Source of the DNA: Rhina ancylostomus
Taxonomy: Eukaryota
Direction: 5' to 3'
DNA length: 64,000 nucleotides
Assembly: GCA_030265395.1 (NCBI GenBank)
Contig: JARFYF010000022.1
Span: 30,646,561-30,710,560 of the forward strand
The translations under genes were made by a program, and so were the position numbers. The first letter of the stretch is position 1, and each line of letters begins with the position of its first letter. The notes beneath the pieces were generated by a model. That model was not told the origin of the DNA. It saw nothing but the letters and a program-made list of their open reading frames with translations, and ran no database searches. This document shows positions 24,330 to 36,623 of the stretch, in pieces.

Positions 24330-24490
24330 CAAAAACAAGATGCCATAGATACTGGAAATCTGAAAGTGTTTTCAGAAATGCAGAAATCTGAAATGCTGGA
24401 AATCTGAAATGCTGGAAACATTACGAAAGTTCAGCAGCATCTGTAGAGAAAGAAAAAAATCAACATTTAACATCAATGTCCTCTCATGAT
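24330..24490 (-). mobile_element. Penelope-like terminal repeat, single arm with 16-bp tandem duplication (copy 6)
   Basis: agatactggaaatctgaaa...aaatgctggaaaca...cagcagcatctgtagagaaagaaa. gaaatctgaaatgctg is repeated exactly at 24383-24398 and 24399-24414. Confidence 0.75.
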
Positions 24491-25212
24491 AAGTGATTGG
24501 GGAAAAAAAACTCAAGGCAAAGGTGAAGCACTTTGGTTGTTCCACAGAATATTACCAATAAGGAGACAAACGTTGGCTCAGTTCAAAATTACAAGACCAC
24601 TTTGTAACATCCACTGAAAATAGTTTGCAAAGTGTTATTTTTGCAGAAGTTATTTGATAGGAAATGTACATATTTTGAAAGCTGCAAAGGAAATGTACAA
24701 CAGTACTTTGCTGTTAGACATTAGACAAAGAGCCAGCTGCTACTTCACAGCTTTGTTTGGCTAACATTTTGAGGGTTTTTCATTCTACATTTGACAATCT
24801 GCTAGTTTAGTTCATGCATAAGTCAATGTTTTTGCCATTGTTGATGATGTTCCAAATCTGAGTATGACCAATTCTTTCCTTGTAAATATGCAAACCTTAA
24901 GGCTTTTCAATATCCACAGTACCAGAACACGAGGCTGCTAACCAAAGAACTGTTTTTTCCCCTTAAATAGTAATGCAACCACATGGAAATAAGATATAAA
25001 ATCCTCTCTCTCTCTTCTTGCTTTTCACATCATCCTGATGCAATACTTAATCAAACTGTGATGGTAACTACTATGAACACCCTAAAGACTACTTAGTTGG
25101 GCTGCCATTTTGTCTGTACTGCAACTGGAAAATAATCTTCAGAGTATAAAAAGCAACAGAGTTACGTTCCAATTCTGGAATGTTGTCAAATATCAACAGA
25201 AATGTATAATCA

Positions 25213-25600
25213 ATCATGACTGATCATTTATCTCAACACCATTTTCCCGTGCTCTCCCCAGACACATTGATGCCTTTTCCATCTAGAAATGTATCTACTT
25301 CTTAAAAAATACTCAGCAACCTGGTCTCTACGGCCCTCCGTGGAAGTGAATTTCCTAGGTTGACCACGATCTGAGTGAAAAAATGACTCCTCATCTCAGT
25401 CCTAAATCTGTTGCCCTGTAATGGAGACTGGGGCCCCTCATTTTAGGTACCCCAGCCTCAAAAACTTCCATCCTGCATCCAGTTTGTTTGGCCTGTCAGA
25501 ATTTTATGACTTTTGATTAAATCCCTTCTCATTCATCAAAACTCGAGTGAATACAAACTGTATCAACCTAATCTGCCACCCCAAGAATCAGTCTGGTAAA
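25213..25600 (-). mobile_element. CR1 (HER1-like) 3' end
   Basis: atcatgactgatc...ctcctcatctcagtcctaaat...gaattttatg...cccttctcattc...aatcagtctggtaaa is antisense CR1 ORF2 C-terminus and 3' UTR. Confidence 0.85.
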
Positions 25601-25789
25601 GAAGTCACATTGATATGATTACTTCTTCCTGAAGACCTCTTCACCCCAACATACTTGACTGTCTATTCCAAGAATTGGTGTACATCCTAAGTCTGATTAT
25701 AAAACACTGTGGCACCAATTGTAATGCATTAATGCTTTAGTTGTGTGTGCAATGCAGCATTTGTTACAGCTATAGACATTCTCAAAGAG

Positions 25790-26080
25790 AAAAATAACTA
25801 TATTTATATAATATTTTATTGCATCACTCAAAAATATCTCATTGAACCATAAAAAATCAACTGTTGCAATACTACTTTCTATTACTGAGTAGAAAAATCT
25901 AATAAGTATTTTACTTATATTAATATCCTCTTAATAATACCCATGTTATTTTTGAATGGTATAATGGGATTTTGGTTGTTCAATCTTCTCTTTAAAATCC
26001 NNNNNNNNNNATAGCACTTGCCCAGTGCTAGATTGGAATGTCTCCCTCGATTACGTGTTCAAGGTCTGAAGGTGCAGCTT
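25790..26080 (-). mobile_element. Diverged DeuSINE-like element
   Basis: The tail aactatatttatata and gcacttgcccagtgctagattggaatgtc...gattacgtgttcaag resemble the antisense Deu domain. Confidence 0.5.
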
Positions 26081-26700
26081 ATAAGACATCATTTTCACAA
26101 TTTTCATTTTGTTAGAGGATAACACTGTCAATCGAAAACAATAAGGATAAGTAGAAATTGATTTAATTGAGAGGTTTTCACACCCTTGCATCATTTCTCA
26201 GCAAAGATTCATAAATCTTCAAGCACATATTGCAACAAAAATAGTCGGTGAAGGTTACTTAAACTGCCCACCTACTTTGAAGGAATCATAAAAACTATCC
26301 ATAGCTAATCAGAAGGATAAGCACTTTGTTTCACTGCTCTATAAATTTCTCACTTAGGAAATAATATCATACTGTCAGGTACAAGCTAAGGACTTGAGAC
26401 ATAGATCTGCATTCTGAGATACAAGGAAGAGACAGGTGAGTAAATTACTCAAGAAATATGGGGTTAAGATTGATCCAAGTCCTTAATAGACTTTACTTAA
26501 CCCCATTTAGACTGAACTGCAGGAGGGTCCTGCAAAATGCACCACATTGGTGCTACAATAAGAGCAGGGAACATGCTGGACAAATATTATTCTGCAAAAA
26601 CCTTTCTGAGCTCTTGAGATCTTTTCACAAGATCACTAATGGCTACCTCCCACAAAATAATAGTGATAGTACTGTGTGGCATGCATCCTTTCCCGAGTAC

Positions 26701-26721
26701 CCACCACCACCACCACCACCA
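26701..26721 (+). repeat. (CCA)7 microsatellite
   Basis: ccaccaccaccaccaccacca. Confidence 0.95.
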
Positions 26722-27999
26722 GCATACCCCCATCCTAACCCCTTACTCTATACATTTCTAATCATGATGTGCAAGGATGTATTATTAGCTTCATCGGAAG
26801 TTTACCAGAAAACTATTTTGGAAACCTAGTCTGGAAACTACCACCAACTATGTGGAAGAATGTGAAACTAGATTGCAAATTCTGAGGTTTGAGGTTCCAT
26901 ATAGTTTTTCTGGAGCAACAATCTCTTGGGGTCCCAATCATTTCCTAGTTCAAACACATCCTCTTTCCCCCTCCTCGCATTTGTACAAGTGCCCAGTTAT
27001 TTCAAAGATACCCTTGTAAGGAAGTCTGAATTGCACCCGTTGATCTAATAGTTTTGTCTGGCATTGACGAGGAAATCTAAACATAAACTTCACAACAAGC
27101 AGAACTGAAGGCATAGCTATGCTCTCTCTGTATATTTGTTTTCTGAGAAAGGAATTTACTGCTTGAAGCAAACAAATGAGTATAACTACCACAAGCAACA
27201 GTGCTCTGAATGATAAGACTACTACTAATAGGACACTGTAGGGTGGATTTTGTGCTCATCAAGATTAGGGTTTCAGGACTGCAAATTGAAATATTTTATT
27301 CATGGTCTCAAGGCTGACATTGAGAGTTCACACATCAAATGTGAAGTTTACTTTACCCAAGCCATGCACCTTAAACCCTGTAACAAATCTTAACCCCAGC
27401 CTCAGGAAAGTAATCCTGACCATGTAAGTGTGACATTTCTAATTCCCATCTCCATGTATCAGGGCTACACCATGGATAATCCTTTACCATCTGCTGGAAA
27501 CTGGATTTATTTGGAATTCCAACATATGAACATACAAATTATTTTTCAATAACTACCCTAACGATCAGCACCAGGATAAAGGATTTTCAATCCACTCACA
27601 TATTTTGATGAAGTGGTTAGCCAAATGTACCTTCTGGGATTTTTTTTTAACAATAGCTACATGTTACCTCAATGGATATTCTGTGCTGGAAGATTTGAAC
27701 ATCCGAATGTCAGAATATTCAGGTTTTATATGATGAATAAAATCTTATTGCTGTAGCTCCTAGTGATGGTCAACTGAGATCACTTGTTAATTCACTTTTT
27801 AACTTCATTTACAATTCGCTGTCAAATCCAAGATATAATCCTATTGTAAATTAAGTGCTTATCCCCAATTTCCATTTTGAGTCTAAATTTTGAGGTTTGT
27901 GCTGTTGGCGATGTTAATGCTGAGTTCTTACATGGATTGTTAATGCAAAACATTCCAATTCTGAAGATCAAGGTGGAGCCAAACATGCGATGTGCACTT

Positions 28000-28350
28000 T
28001 TTTCTATCTCATCATCACTGTCCCTTTCTGTTCCTAATCTTTACTTCACTATCTATGACTTAGTCTGTTTTCTGTCTGAGTCCTGCTCTCTATATATCTC
28101 ATTATCTATTTCTCCATATCTTTTTCTGTCTCACTCTCTGAATCTTGTATTACTCTGCACTTCCTTCTTTCTATAGATCTGTCCTATTGTCAATATCCCT
28201 TTGCATTTTACACTGACTCACCACTTGTTCCCCTCTCCATATGCTTTTCATATTTCACAACCTGTCATATTCACTGGGTTTCTTTTTCGGTGTCTTACTG
28301 CTTGCCATGTTGACTCTCTATTTGCTTATTTTCTGTCTTTCTTACACTGT
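28000..28350 (+). repeat. Pyrimidine-rich low-complexity tract (degenerate CT/TCTG repeats)
   Basis: Dense tctc/tctg/ttct units with a strong C+T bias on the plus strand. Confidence 0.6.
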
Positions 28351-30451
28351 CTACTTCATCATTCTAAATTTCGGCATTTATTCTTTAGGCATTTCCACAT
28401 TTTTTGATAAATTTATGATAATTATTACCTACCAGTTAAAGTCAAGACCCTGTATAGCTCCGGAGATGCTCCTTTAATGCCTTAATGGTAAAACACATGG
28501 CATGCAGGGGTTGCATTGCTGTGTACTCTGGCATGAAAAAGTAAATTAAACTTTAATAACTTGTGTTCTGTAGTCACATAGAAATGTCTTATTATTTTAT
28601 GGGCACACAAATGAACTATGCATCGTCACACTAAATGTGGGAGTTCGCTAACAGGTCAGTAAATTTTACTAATGATTTTAAGGCCCCACTAGTAAAATAT
28701 TAATTTTGTTTAAAAATCAAACACCCTGAACACAAGTTAACCAGACACTTCCTTTTTGTGGAGATTTTAATGAAAAGACGCACATCTCACAGCTACTGTA
28801 CGTCACTCTGATATAATTAATGCTTCAATGTACAATTTCAGTTAACAAATATTTCAAGAGTTACAAGCTCCAAAAAAAAACAAAAGAGTTATTCTAGACA
28901 AAGAATTCCATTTTTGGCCTGACTAATGGCTGTCAGAGTGGTATACATTCCGCAGCCCTTGAATTTTGCATTCTGAATTTATATTTGTGATTTCCTGTGC
29001 ATCATGCGCTCCAAAAGCACAATAAAGCATTTTATTGTATTGGGGCTGATTTCACCAAGAAAATATTTGCAGCAAAGCTACCATCGTAAAGTTTGGGGTG
29101 GGGGGGGTGTGAATTTGGGGTGAGGGGTATGCACGAGAGTGGCCCATAAATGTAATTGCACCCTAGTCATTCCAACAATTAACATGCAAATATAGAGCAG
29201 ATCTGGGATTCAGCATGTGTGCAACATGCTGAATTAAACAAACTTCACTCTGTTTTTTTTAAATTCCTCAGACTGTGCCAAAATTTCTCGGGGGAAAAAA
29301 AAGTTGCAAAACAAATTTTCACTACAAATTTGTCATTGGGAGTCATTTATCTGAGTTATGGGAAGAATAGAACAATGCAGAAAGACTCATGTTACCTGTA
29401 ATTGTAAAATATAACTAGCTTGTCCGTGGGGTAGACTAAAAATTATGTTTGGCATAGTTGACTTTTACTAATTTTCATAACTGTTTTTATAGGCCAACGT
29501 GGAGAGCCAATCCAATCAAAACTCATTAACGCATAATGCTACAGTGCTTAACCCTAACCCTGTACAATGAACCAGTATGATTATAACAACAAATACTTTA
29601 ATAAATTTCTACTCATTAACAGGACTGCAGGCGCCCTCTGTGGGGGGTGGGGAAAGTTAGGAGGAGGGTGGAAGCGGTAAGAGATTTGGAGTCCTGTGCT
29701 TTATTTCCTCTAATGTTATTGTATTCTGCTTAGTGGCTGTTTTTGAGCTGTTTTGTAATACAATATTTGTGAGTTGCGTTCTCTACTCCATACCAACTCC
29801 TCCCCACCACACCACCACCCAGACATTAGAAACCACGAGGCTCTCGTGCAGAACAGCCTTATTTTTTATGGTCATATTGATTAGATTAAAGCTGTTATTC
29901 ATTAGGCAGTTACACGGGTTAGCAGGTTCAATGCCAGTGGAATTTTTTTTATGATCTCTGCTTTTCCTTCAAAGGCTGCTTGCCAATTTGTGGGTCAGGA
30001 AGGCCTTTGCAATGGTTTTCTCAAAGACCACCAGCTGTCATACTGTCAGGACAAGCTGGCTAATGTCAGTGCCCTCTTTCTCTGCTTTCCCCCCTTCCCA
30101 TTCATTCCACCTGAGTGAACACCTTATCTGTTGCAGAGGCTGTAGGGCTGAGAGTGACCAAAATAATTACCATATAGGCAGGTAATATTGCTGCAGCTCA
30201 TGGCTGTCCAGACAGATGTAGCCCTTTGCAATTATGAACCAAACTAGTAAAACTGAATTGTAAACTACCTCAGCACAAATGTCCTTGTCACTATTCTCCC
30301 CTCTTCTCCAAGGTGATAACTATCAGTAGTGGTAGACAACTGCATTCAGTATCAAAGGCCATTTCATTCCCATCCTCACCTATCACATCTCTTTATTTAA
30401 AGAAGCCAAGATTGATTGCTCTCCTACCTAGCATGAGGCACTGAACCTGGG

Positions 30452-30552
30452 TTAAAAACAGAAAGTGTTGGAAATACTCAACAGTTCAGGCAGAATCTGT
30501 GGAGAGAGAAGCAGAATTTTACATTTCAGGTCAATGACCTTGCATCCAAACT
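30452..30552 (-). mobile_element. Penelope-like terminal repeat, single arm (copy 7)
   Basis: gaaagtgttggaaatactcaacagttcaggcagaatctgtggagagagaagcag...catttcaggtcaatgaccttgcatcc. The minus strand keeps stem II AGGTCA/TGACCT and GAAA. Confidence 0.8.
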
Positions 30553-31794
30553 TAAGCTTGACACTTCCTGCTTTGCAACGCCTAATGTCACAGTATGAAA
30601 TGCATGTACAAACTGAAGTGATGAGCAAATTCCTACATAAGTGAACCCAAGAAAAACATAAATCAGTGTCAGCAGGGTCTGTCAGTGGAGCAAATTGTTG
30701 GGGATGCCGCTAACCACCTCCAAGAATAGTGAGGTCTCAAGTTCTGATAAAGAATCAAATCAAACTTGGTTTTAAATAAACAAATCTGATACTTTTGGCA
30801 TACTCTTGCATATAGACCAGGGAGAGATGCTTGCACCTCTTATTGTCTTGAAATAATCTCACATGACCTACATATTTGCAGAAGCTACACCATACATTTC
30901 ACAAATAAAAGCCTGACTGGAGTCTCCAAATTGTCATTCATTTACTGCAGCTGTGTAATCAACGCAATTGTTCTGGTGACTAACCCCCACAATATAATTG
31001 CCTTTTTTTATCACCATGATATAGACGTCAAAAATAATGTTCATAAAAAGTGTGTAACAAGTCATGTACAGACAGTGTAATGAAACATTATATTTGATTT
31101 AATAATATCATCAACTTTTATATTATTCTTAGAGTGTCAGTTCTCATAGAGGGACCCCCATGTCCCATCTAAATTGTTTCACATTGGCAACAAGCAAGTC
31201 CCATATTACACTGGGTTTTGCTGGCAGCTGCTGGAATTACTGATGCTGAGACACACTGAGTGAAAGATGCCAGTGCATTTGTCACTTCATTCCACTGCTT
31301 GACTCCACATGAAGTCCAACGGCGGAGCCTGTACATGCTATCCTTGTGTTGGGTCAGAAGCCCTATTCCTTTGAAAGGGGCTTTCTGACTGACCTGCAGA
31401 TTAGGAGTTGAAAGGGAAGTTAACTTTTTTTTAACTTCTTTTAATGCCTTTAATCATTTCTAAGTCTTTAATAGGCTTATAAATAATACCTTTTTAAAAA
31501 ATAGTAATATTTTTATTTTGTACTTCAATTTTAATTAATCAGTGATAATTAAAATCTGTTAAAATACTGACCATCTTCAATAGGAGGCAGGGTTCCAATC
31601 CCTAAGCTTGGCCCCTGCTGGGGGCAGGGAGCACACACCCACTGAGGCCTCAATCAGCCTCAGCGTCCAATTCTCAGGGGTAGAGAGTCAGCTTATCTGG
31701 CCCTCCACATCGGGATGATGTGAATCTGGATGGTCATGGACTGGGAGGGGTGAGCTAAATGCTGGTCATTATCTTTAGATGTCATCATGGCATT

Positions 31795-31935
31795 CGAACA
31801 AATGAACATATGATTTAGTAACTGGAATAAGCCCTCTCCACCTTTCCATAAGATCATGACTGATCTGACTGAAACCTCAACTCTGCATTACCGTCTATCC
31901 CCAGTAACCTGTCTCCTTGCTTATCAAAAATCTCT
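31795..31935 (-). mobile_element. CR1 3' tail fragment
   Basis: gaacaaatgaacatatga...ttccataagatcatgactgatctg...cctcaactctgcatt...ccccagtaacc...ttgcttatcaaaaatct. Confidence 0.7.
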
Positions 31936-33729
31936 TTGTTGTGATGTGACTAAATGCAGACTTTGTATTTTTGTAATAATGTCATAACACAGCATTGTTA
32001 TCTATTACATGCTGGCAAAAATTGTAGGTGCAGTGCACTCTGACTGATTCATACAGGGAGACCAGCAAAACTCTTTAGAATGCACTCCCAAGATCCAGTT
32101 TATAATACCAAAAGCCAAATAATTTACATCTGCTTGCTAAATTCAGCAAAGTTAGAAGACAAACTGAAATGGTCTGGAAAGGAGGAGGGTCCAACAACCA
32201 TAAGCCAACTAGAGAGGGGCTCCAGGGAATGGTTGTGAAAATCTGACTTTCTGTAGGAATTGATTGCCAATAGTTATGCCTTAGAATGGATGTCCTGCAT
32301 CTGAATGGAAAATTGGCTATCCCTTACAATATCAATAAAGGGTGTATATTTCCTAATAGAGTTTTCCTGACCTAGGGTACAACATACACTGATAAAATCC
32401 CAGGCTGAACTACTGTAGATCAGCATATGTCCCAGAGTCACACAATTCATAAAAGGGCCATGCATTTGCCATTAGTTTCAAGCATGGTGAGGTCACCGCT
32501 GATCTAGAAATAAATTTATATTTACCCTTGCACTGATTCTCGCACAAAGAACTTGAATGAACCACTTGGGCATAGGATACCCACAACAAAACTCTGCCCA
32601 CAGCCAGCAGCACCCTCAATCTGCACCATACTCCGGTAGCTGGTTTACTTATATTATGGTGTGAATTTTGTAGCTGTCAAAATTCCTTTGGAAATATTCT
32701 AAGGTACAGCTCATTTAAAACCGTTACTTTACAGTCCTTCCTCAATGGTTCCAGCAAGTCCATAAAATTATCTGTCAGTTCAGGGTAAGCATAAGTACAA
32801 CAACAAGTCACCAATACACTAATTTTGTGGGAAAAAGATGGAATAACCAGTCACACTATGATTTTGTGCTTTGCAGCACTTGTAGGTGGACCTATCATCA
32901 GCAACACATCAGTTATATAAATGGTCCTTTAAATTACACCATTCTAAGGCTATCACCACCTGCTTAAGAAGCAAAGCACTATAGATCCTAATTCCTCAAT
33001 TTATATGTTAAATATTCATTTGGATTTCTCTAATACATATAAATAAATGAAAATTGTCTGCTTGCTCTGGAACAAAAAAAAATCAGGATCAAAACTCTGA
33101 CTCACTCCCACCCTTGGTTAATCATGTATATTTCATTCCATGCCTGATAACTTCTAGCAGAAATCGGGACAAACACAGGACTGCCCTGCAAGTCGATCTT
33201 TGATGTCAAAGCATAATGGCTCCTGAAAGAACAGCACTAATACTTAATGTAACATGAAACCAGGGCCCAGCAGAGGGGCTGTCTGCTGTCAGGAACAAAC
33301 TGCTTCTCTGCTCCTCTCTGGAACTGACAAGAGCAAGGGCTGGCAGGGCAGCCGTGCTGTCACTACTCCAGCAGCCAGCACCGTGATTAGTGCAAATCGT
33401 TCGGTTTTTTTCCACATCAGTGTCATAAACGTGCAGCGATCTTTAACCTCACTGATGATAGCACTACTCCATGTGCAGTGCTGAGACAGTCAGCTCCTCT
33501 CATGTGCATAATCAAATATTATCCATCTAAGGAAATAACATCTATACTTCTCAGATCACTAGGATGTGTTGTCATTATCCTTGGAAAGGATCATTTGCAG
33601 TGCTATGGGAGAGGGCAGTGGACGGAGCCTAACTGGATATTACTATGTATGTGTGATATTATCAGAAAATTCAGACTGAAATATGAAATGAATGAAACTG
33701 ATTATTATTTTGACAACATATTATTTGCT

Positions 33730-34150
33730 AATAATCATGTTGTGGGCAGGTGCCACGAACCTGTGCTCCAGTGCTCATTACTCTAACAGGTTGTGCGGTC
33801 ATCTCTCCATAATCATACTTCTAATCAGACCTTCTCATAGGCCACTCCTACCATTCCAGTTTAGACTTCATGCAACTTCTTCCCCAAAGAGACCTTTCCA
33901 TTGCTTGTAGTGGGTGATCCTCAGCCATTTAGTACAGATACCTTGCAACATTCTCGCTCTGTGGTGTCAGTGCACCCTGTACACGCCTTCTCATTACTTC
34001 TGTTGATTGCTCAATCCTACCAGCTGCTACCCAACATCATTTTCAAACCACACGCTCCGAAAGTATCCAGTCTCGACTCATGTGCCTACATCAGGGTCCA
34101 GCTCTCAGCACTAAACTGAAGCATCAACAGACCCTCGTCTAGTACGTTCT
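33730..34150 (-). mobile_element. RTE-clade LINE 3' ORF fragment
   Basis: Minus strand MLQFSAESWTLM*AHESRLDTFGACGLKMMLGSSW*D*AIN (from 34124) resembles RTE LLYGAExW...ExRLxxFxxxCLRxILGIxWxDxVxN. Confidence 0.75.
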
Positions 34151-36324
34151 CTTACACACCACTTTCCCACTGTGTAGCACATAAGTTAATTAGCACACAG
34201 TGATAATAGCTGACAAATGCTTAGTGTATTTAAATGAAATTATACTGTCCATTATATTTATAGACATCTTAAGCAATTTAAGATAACCAGGTTATTGGCT
34301 TCAACAAAATAGACAAAGTCAATTCATACAAACACACATGCTAATATCACACTGTGTCATTTCCAGGCCATAGAGAATAACAGATGGCTGGGAGTGTGTT
34401 ACACAGCTGTCAGCACAATCATGGTGCTAGGTGGCAAAAGTATGATCGGGAACCTTGCACTGCTTATCCTGTTATCTAAACCCCTTGAATGAATCTGAAA
34501 ATCTCTGAGATACATAATTCTGATCTTTAATATTCATTATGTACATCTATAAGTTCAACATTTTTACTGTTTGAGAGTCATTCCGCTTTTGCTTATTTTT
34601 TTCACTTGATTTTACACTGTAGAAAGAGATTGACGAAAAATAATCAGCATTGTGATGCTGGTGTTTTCTCTTTTATAAGTGATAAAACTAAAGGACTAAT
34701 GAACAAGAGGGTACTGCTTATTAAGGTCTGATACTACATTTGATCATAATATATTTCATATTTTTCTCCTAAGATTCCCCACCTTATAAGCATGTCAAAA
34801 AAGACCTGACTATAAAACTTCCTAAGGGTGAGTTAAAGGGAGTGATTTTGCAATAATTTCATTGGGAATCCTCAACTGAATCACAATCCTGTCAGTCACT
34901 TCAGGTATCTGTTAATCATCCTGTCATTCTCTGAGCACTCCTATAACTCACTCTATAGTTCATTCCTTCTTGTCTATGTTTCCATTGTTATTCGTTACTT
35001 GACCCTCAAAATCATTTTTGCTCATTCTAACACGGGAATGCTTTATTCTATGTTTTAGACTGTCAATCAGTTCTCAGGTGCTCATATTTTACTTTGTTGT
35101 TTTCAGTGCCATTCACTCCACAGCTCTCTGTTGTACTCTGACACTTGCACCCTAATACTGCTCCATTTATCTCCTTACCCCTGCTCCCCTTGAGGGGTCG
35201 ACTTGTGATAAGGTGCAATACTAAATGGACAATAAAAAGTATTACTTCAAAGACAGGGAGGATCTGTCATTGTGTTCCTAAATCCACTCACCAGATACCT
35301 AGGAAACCACATAAATAAAACAAATGAACAATTCTTACTAAGTGCAAGTGACTTTATTCAAGCTTTACTCAAGACATTTTCACATTTCATTTTATACTTT
35401 ATATGACCAGATCTAAATACTGTCAGCATAGAGTAACTACAAATTATAAAAGAAATTGAAGGGATATTTGTTTATTAGATTCAAACCAGCCTGAGATTCA
35501 ACCCTCTCTTTAAACATTGCTGCATGTGCTTGTGTGAGTAGACAGCACTTTTGCACCATCTGTATTTTATTTTAACTAATAAAGTGGCTTCATAACAGCA
35601 GCCTCTACACGTGTCGCTCTAATGTATTCCACGGGTGTGGAGGATTATTTCACTATGAGAGAGATAATTTTTCTGCAGCAAGCTTTTAAATGTCAACCTC
35701 TGTGGTGAAATAACATTCAAAATTTCAATTCCAGACCATGTCCAGTAATCAACGCAACCTCAGTAAAATCGATGTAGACTAGTTGGTAATGCATGGGCCT
35801 GTACAATACTGAGTTGTAAAAAAAATGGCTAGCTTTGATCTCAGTTCTGTACTGAATTAGTTGGGATGACAGTAAGAATGCCACTACTGGCCTCAGCACA
35901 GCTAAGTTAAGAAGGAGAAAGATGAGGCAGGGTCCTTGCTGTAGTTTGTTCACTAATAAATCACTAGAAATGTGTACAAATGGACACTAGGAAAGGGTAG
36001 GATTGGGCCTACACTGGTGCCATGCATTGCCAGCTACTCCACTAATAGTCATAACAGAAATGCACTCATGTAGAATGGTGAGGTTTTGCAACTTATCATG
36101 AGTCAGCCTCTAAAGAGAGCAGTGATAAGGAGATAAATAGGGCTATATTAATTCCCTTTTAAGATTTTTTTATTTGTTAGTAACAAACCACATTTTCAAC
36201 AAAAGGCATTATCAGTTGAAAATCTATTTCTGTCTTAGACAACTGCCACCTGCTTCTTGAGTTTATTTGTTTCATATTCTGCAGTCTAATGGAAGGTTCG
36301 CCATACAATATTTCCATATTTCCT

Positions 36325-36623
36325 TGGAAAGAGGCCATTTGGCCCATCAAGTCTATGTTGGCTCATGGAGCAATTCCATTCTACCACTAATTTTCTCAAC
36401 AGTCTTTTCTCCCTACTTTCCCTGAGATTCTATCACTGCACACTAGGAGCAATTTTCAGTGGCTGATTAACCTACCAACCCACACACCTTTGGGGTGTGG
36501 AGGAAACTGGAGTACCCAGGGAAAACTCACACATGCAAAGTCCTTGCAGGCAGCTCTGAAGATCAGGACTGAACCCATATGACTGGAGTTGTGAGGCAGC
36601 AGCTCTACCAGCTGCACCAGTGT
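36325..36623 (-). mobile_element. V-SINE (HE1-like), older copy
   Basis: Antisense V-domain (gtgtggaggaaactggagtacccagggaaaactcac...catgcaaa), antisense tRNA head (gaaccc...gtgaggcagcagctctaccagctgcacca) and CR1-type tail (gaggccatttggcccatc). Confidence 0.88.

Noticed and set aside
26458-26829. 123-aa ORF with a polyproline run (likewise ORFs at 56547-57203)
   Set aside because: The proline runs come from (CCA)n or poly-C tracts, and the rest is not protein-like.
29548-29561. Telomere-like (TAACCC)2
   Set aside because: Only two units, which is expected by chance.
17920-31760. GC-rich/AT-rich bipartite segments (17920-18400, 19660-20080, 31210-31760) as possible old MITEs
   Set aside because: I could not define TIRs or TSDs by eye.
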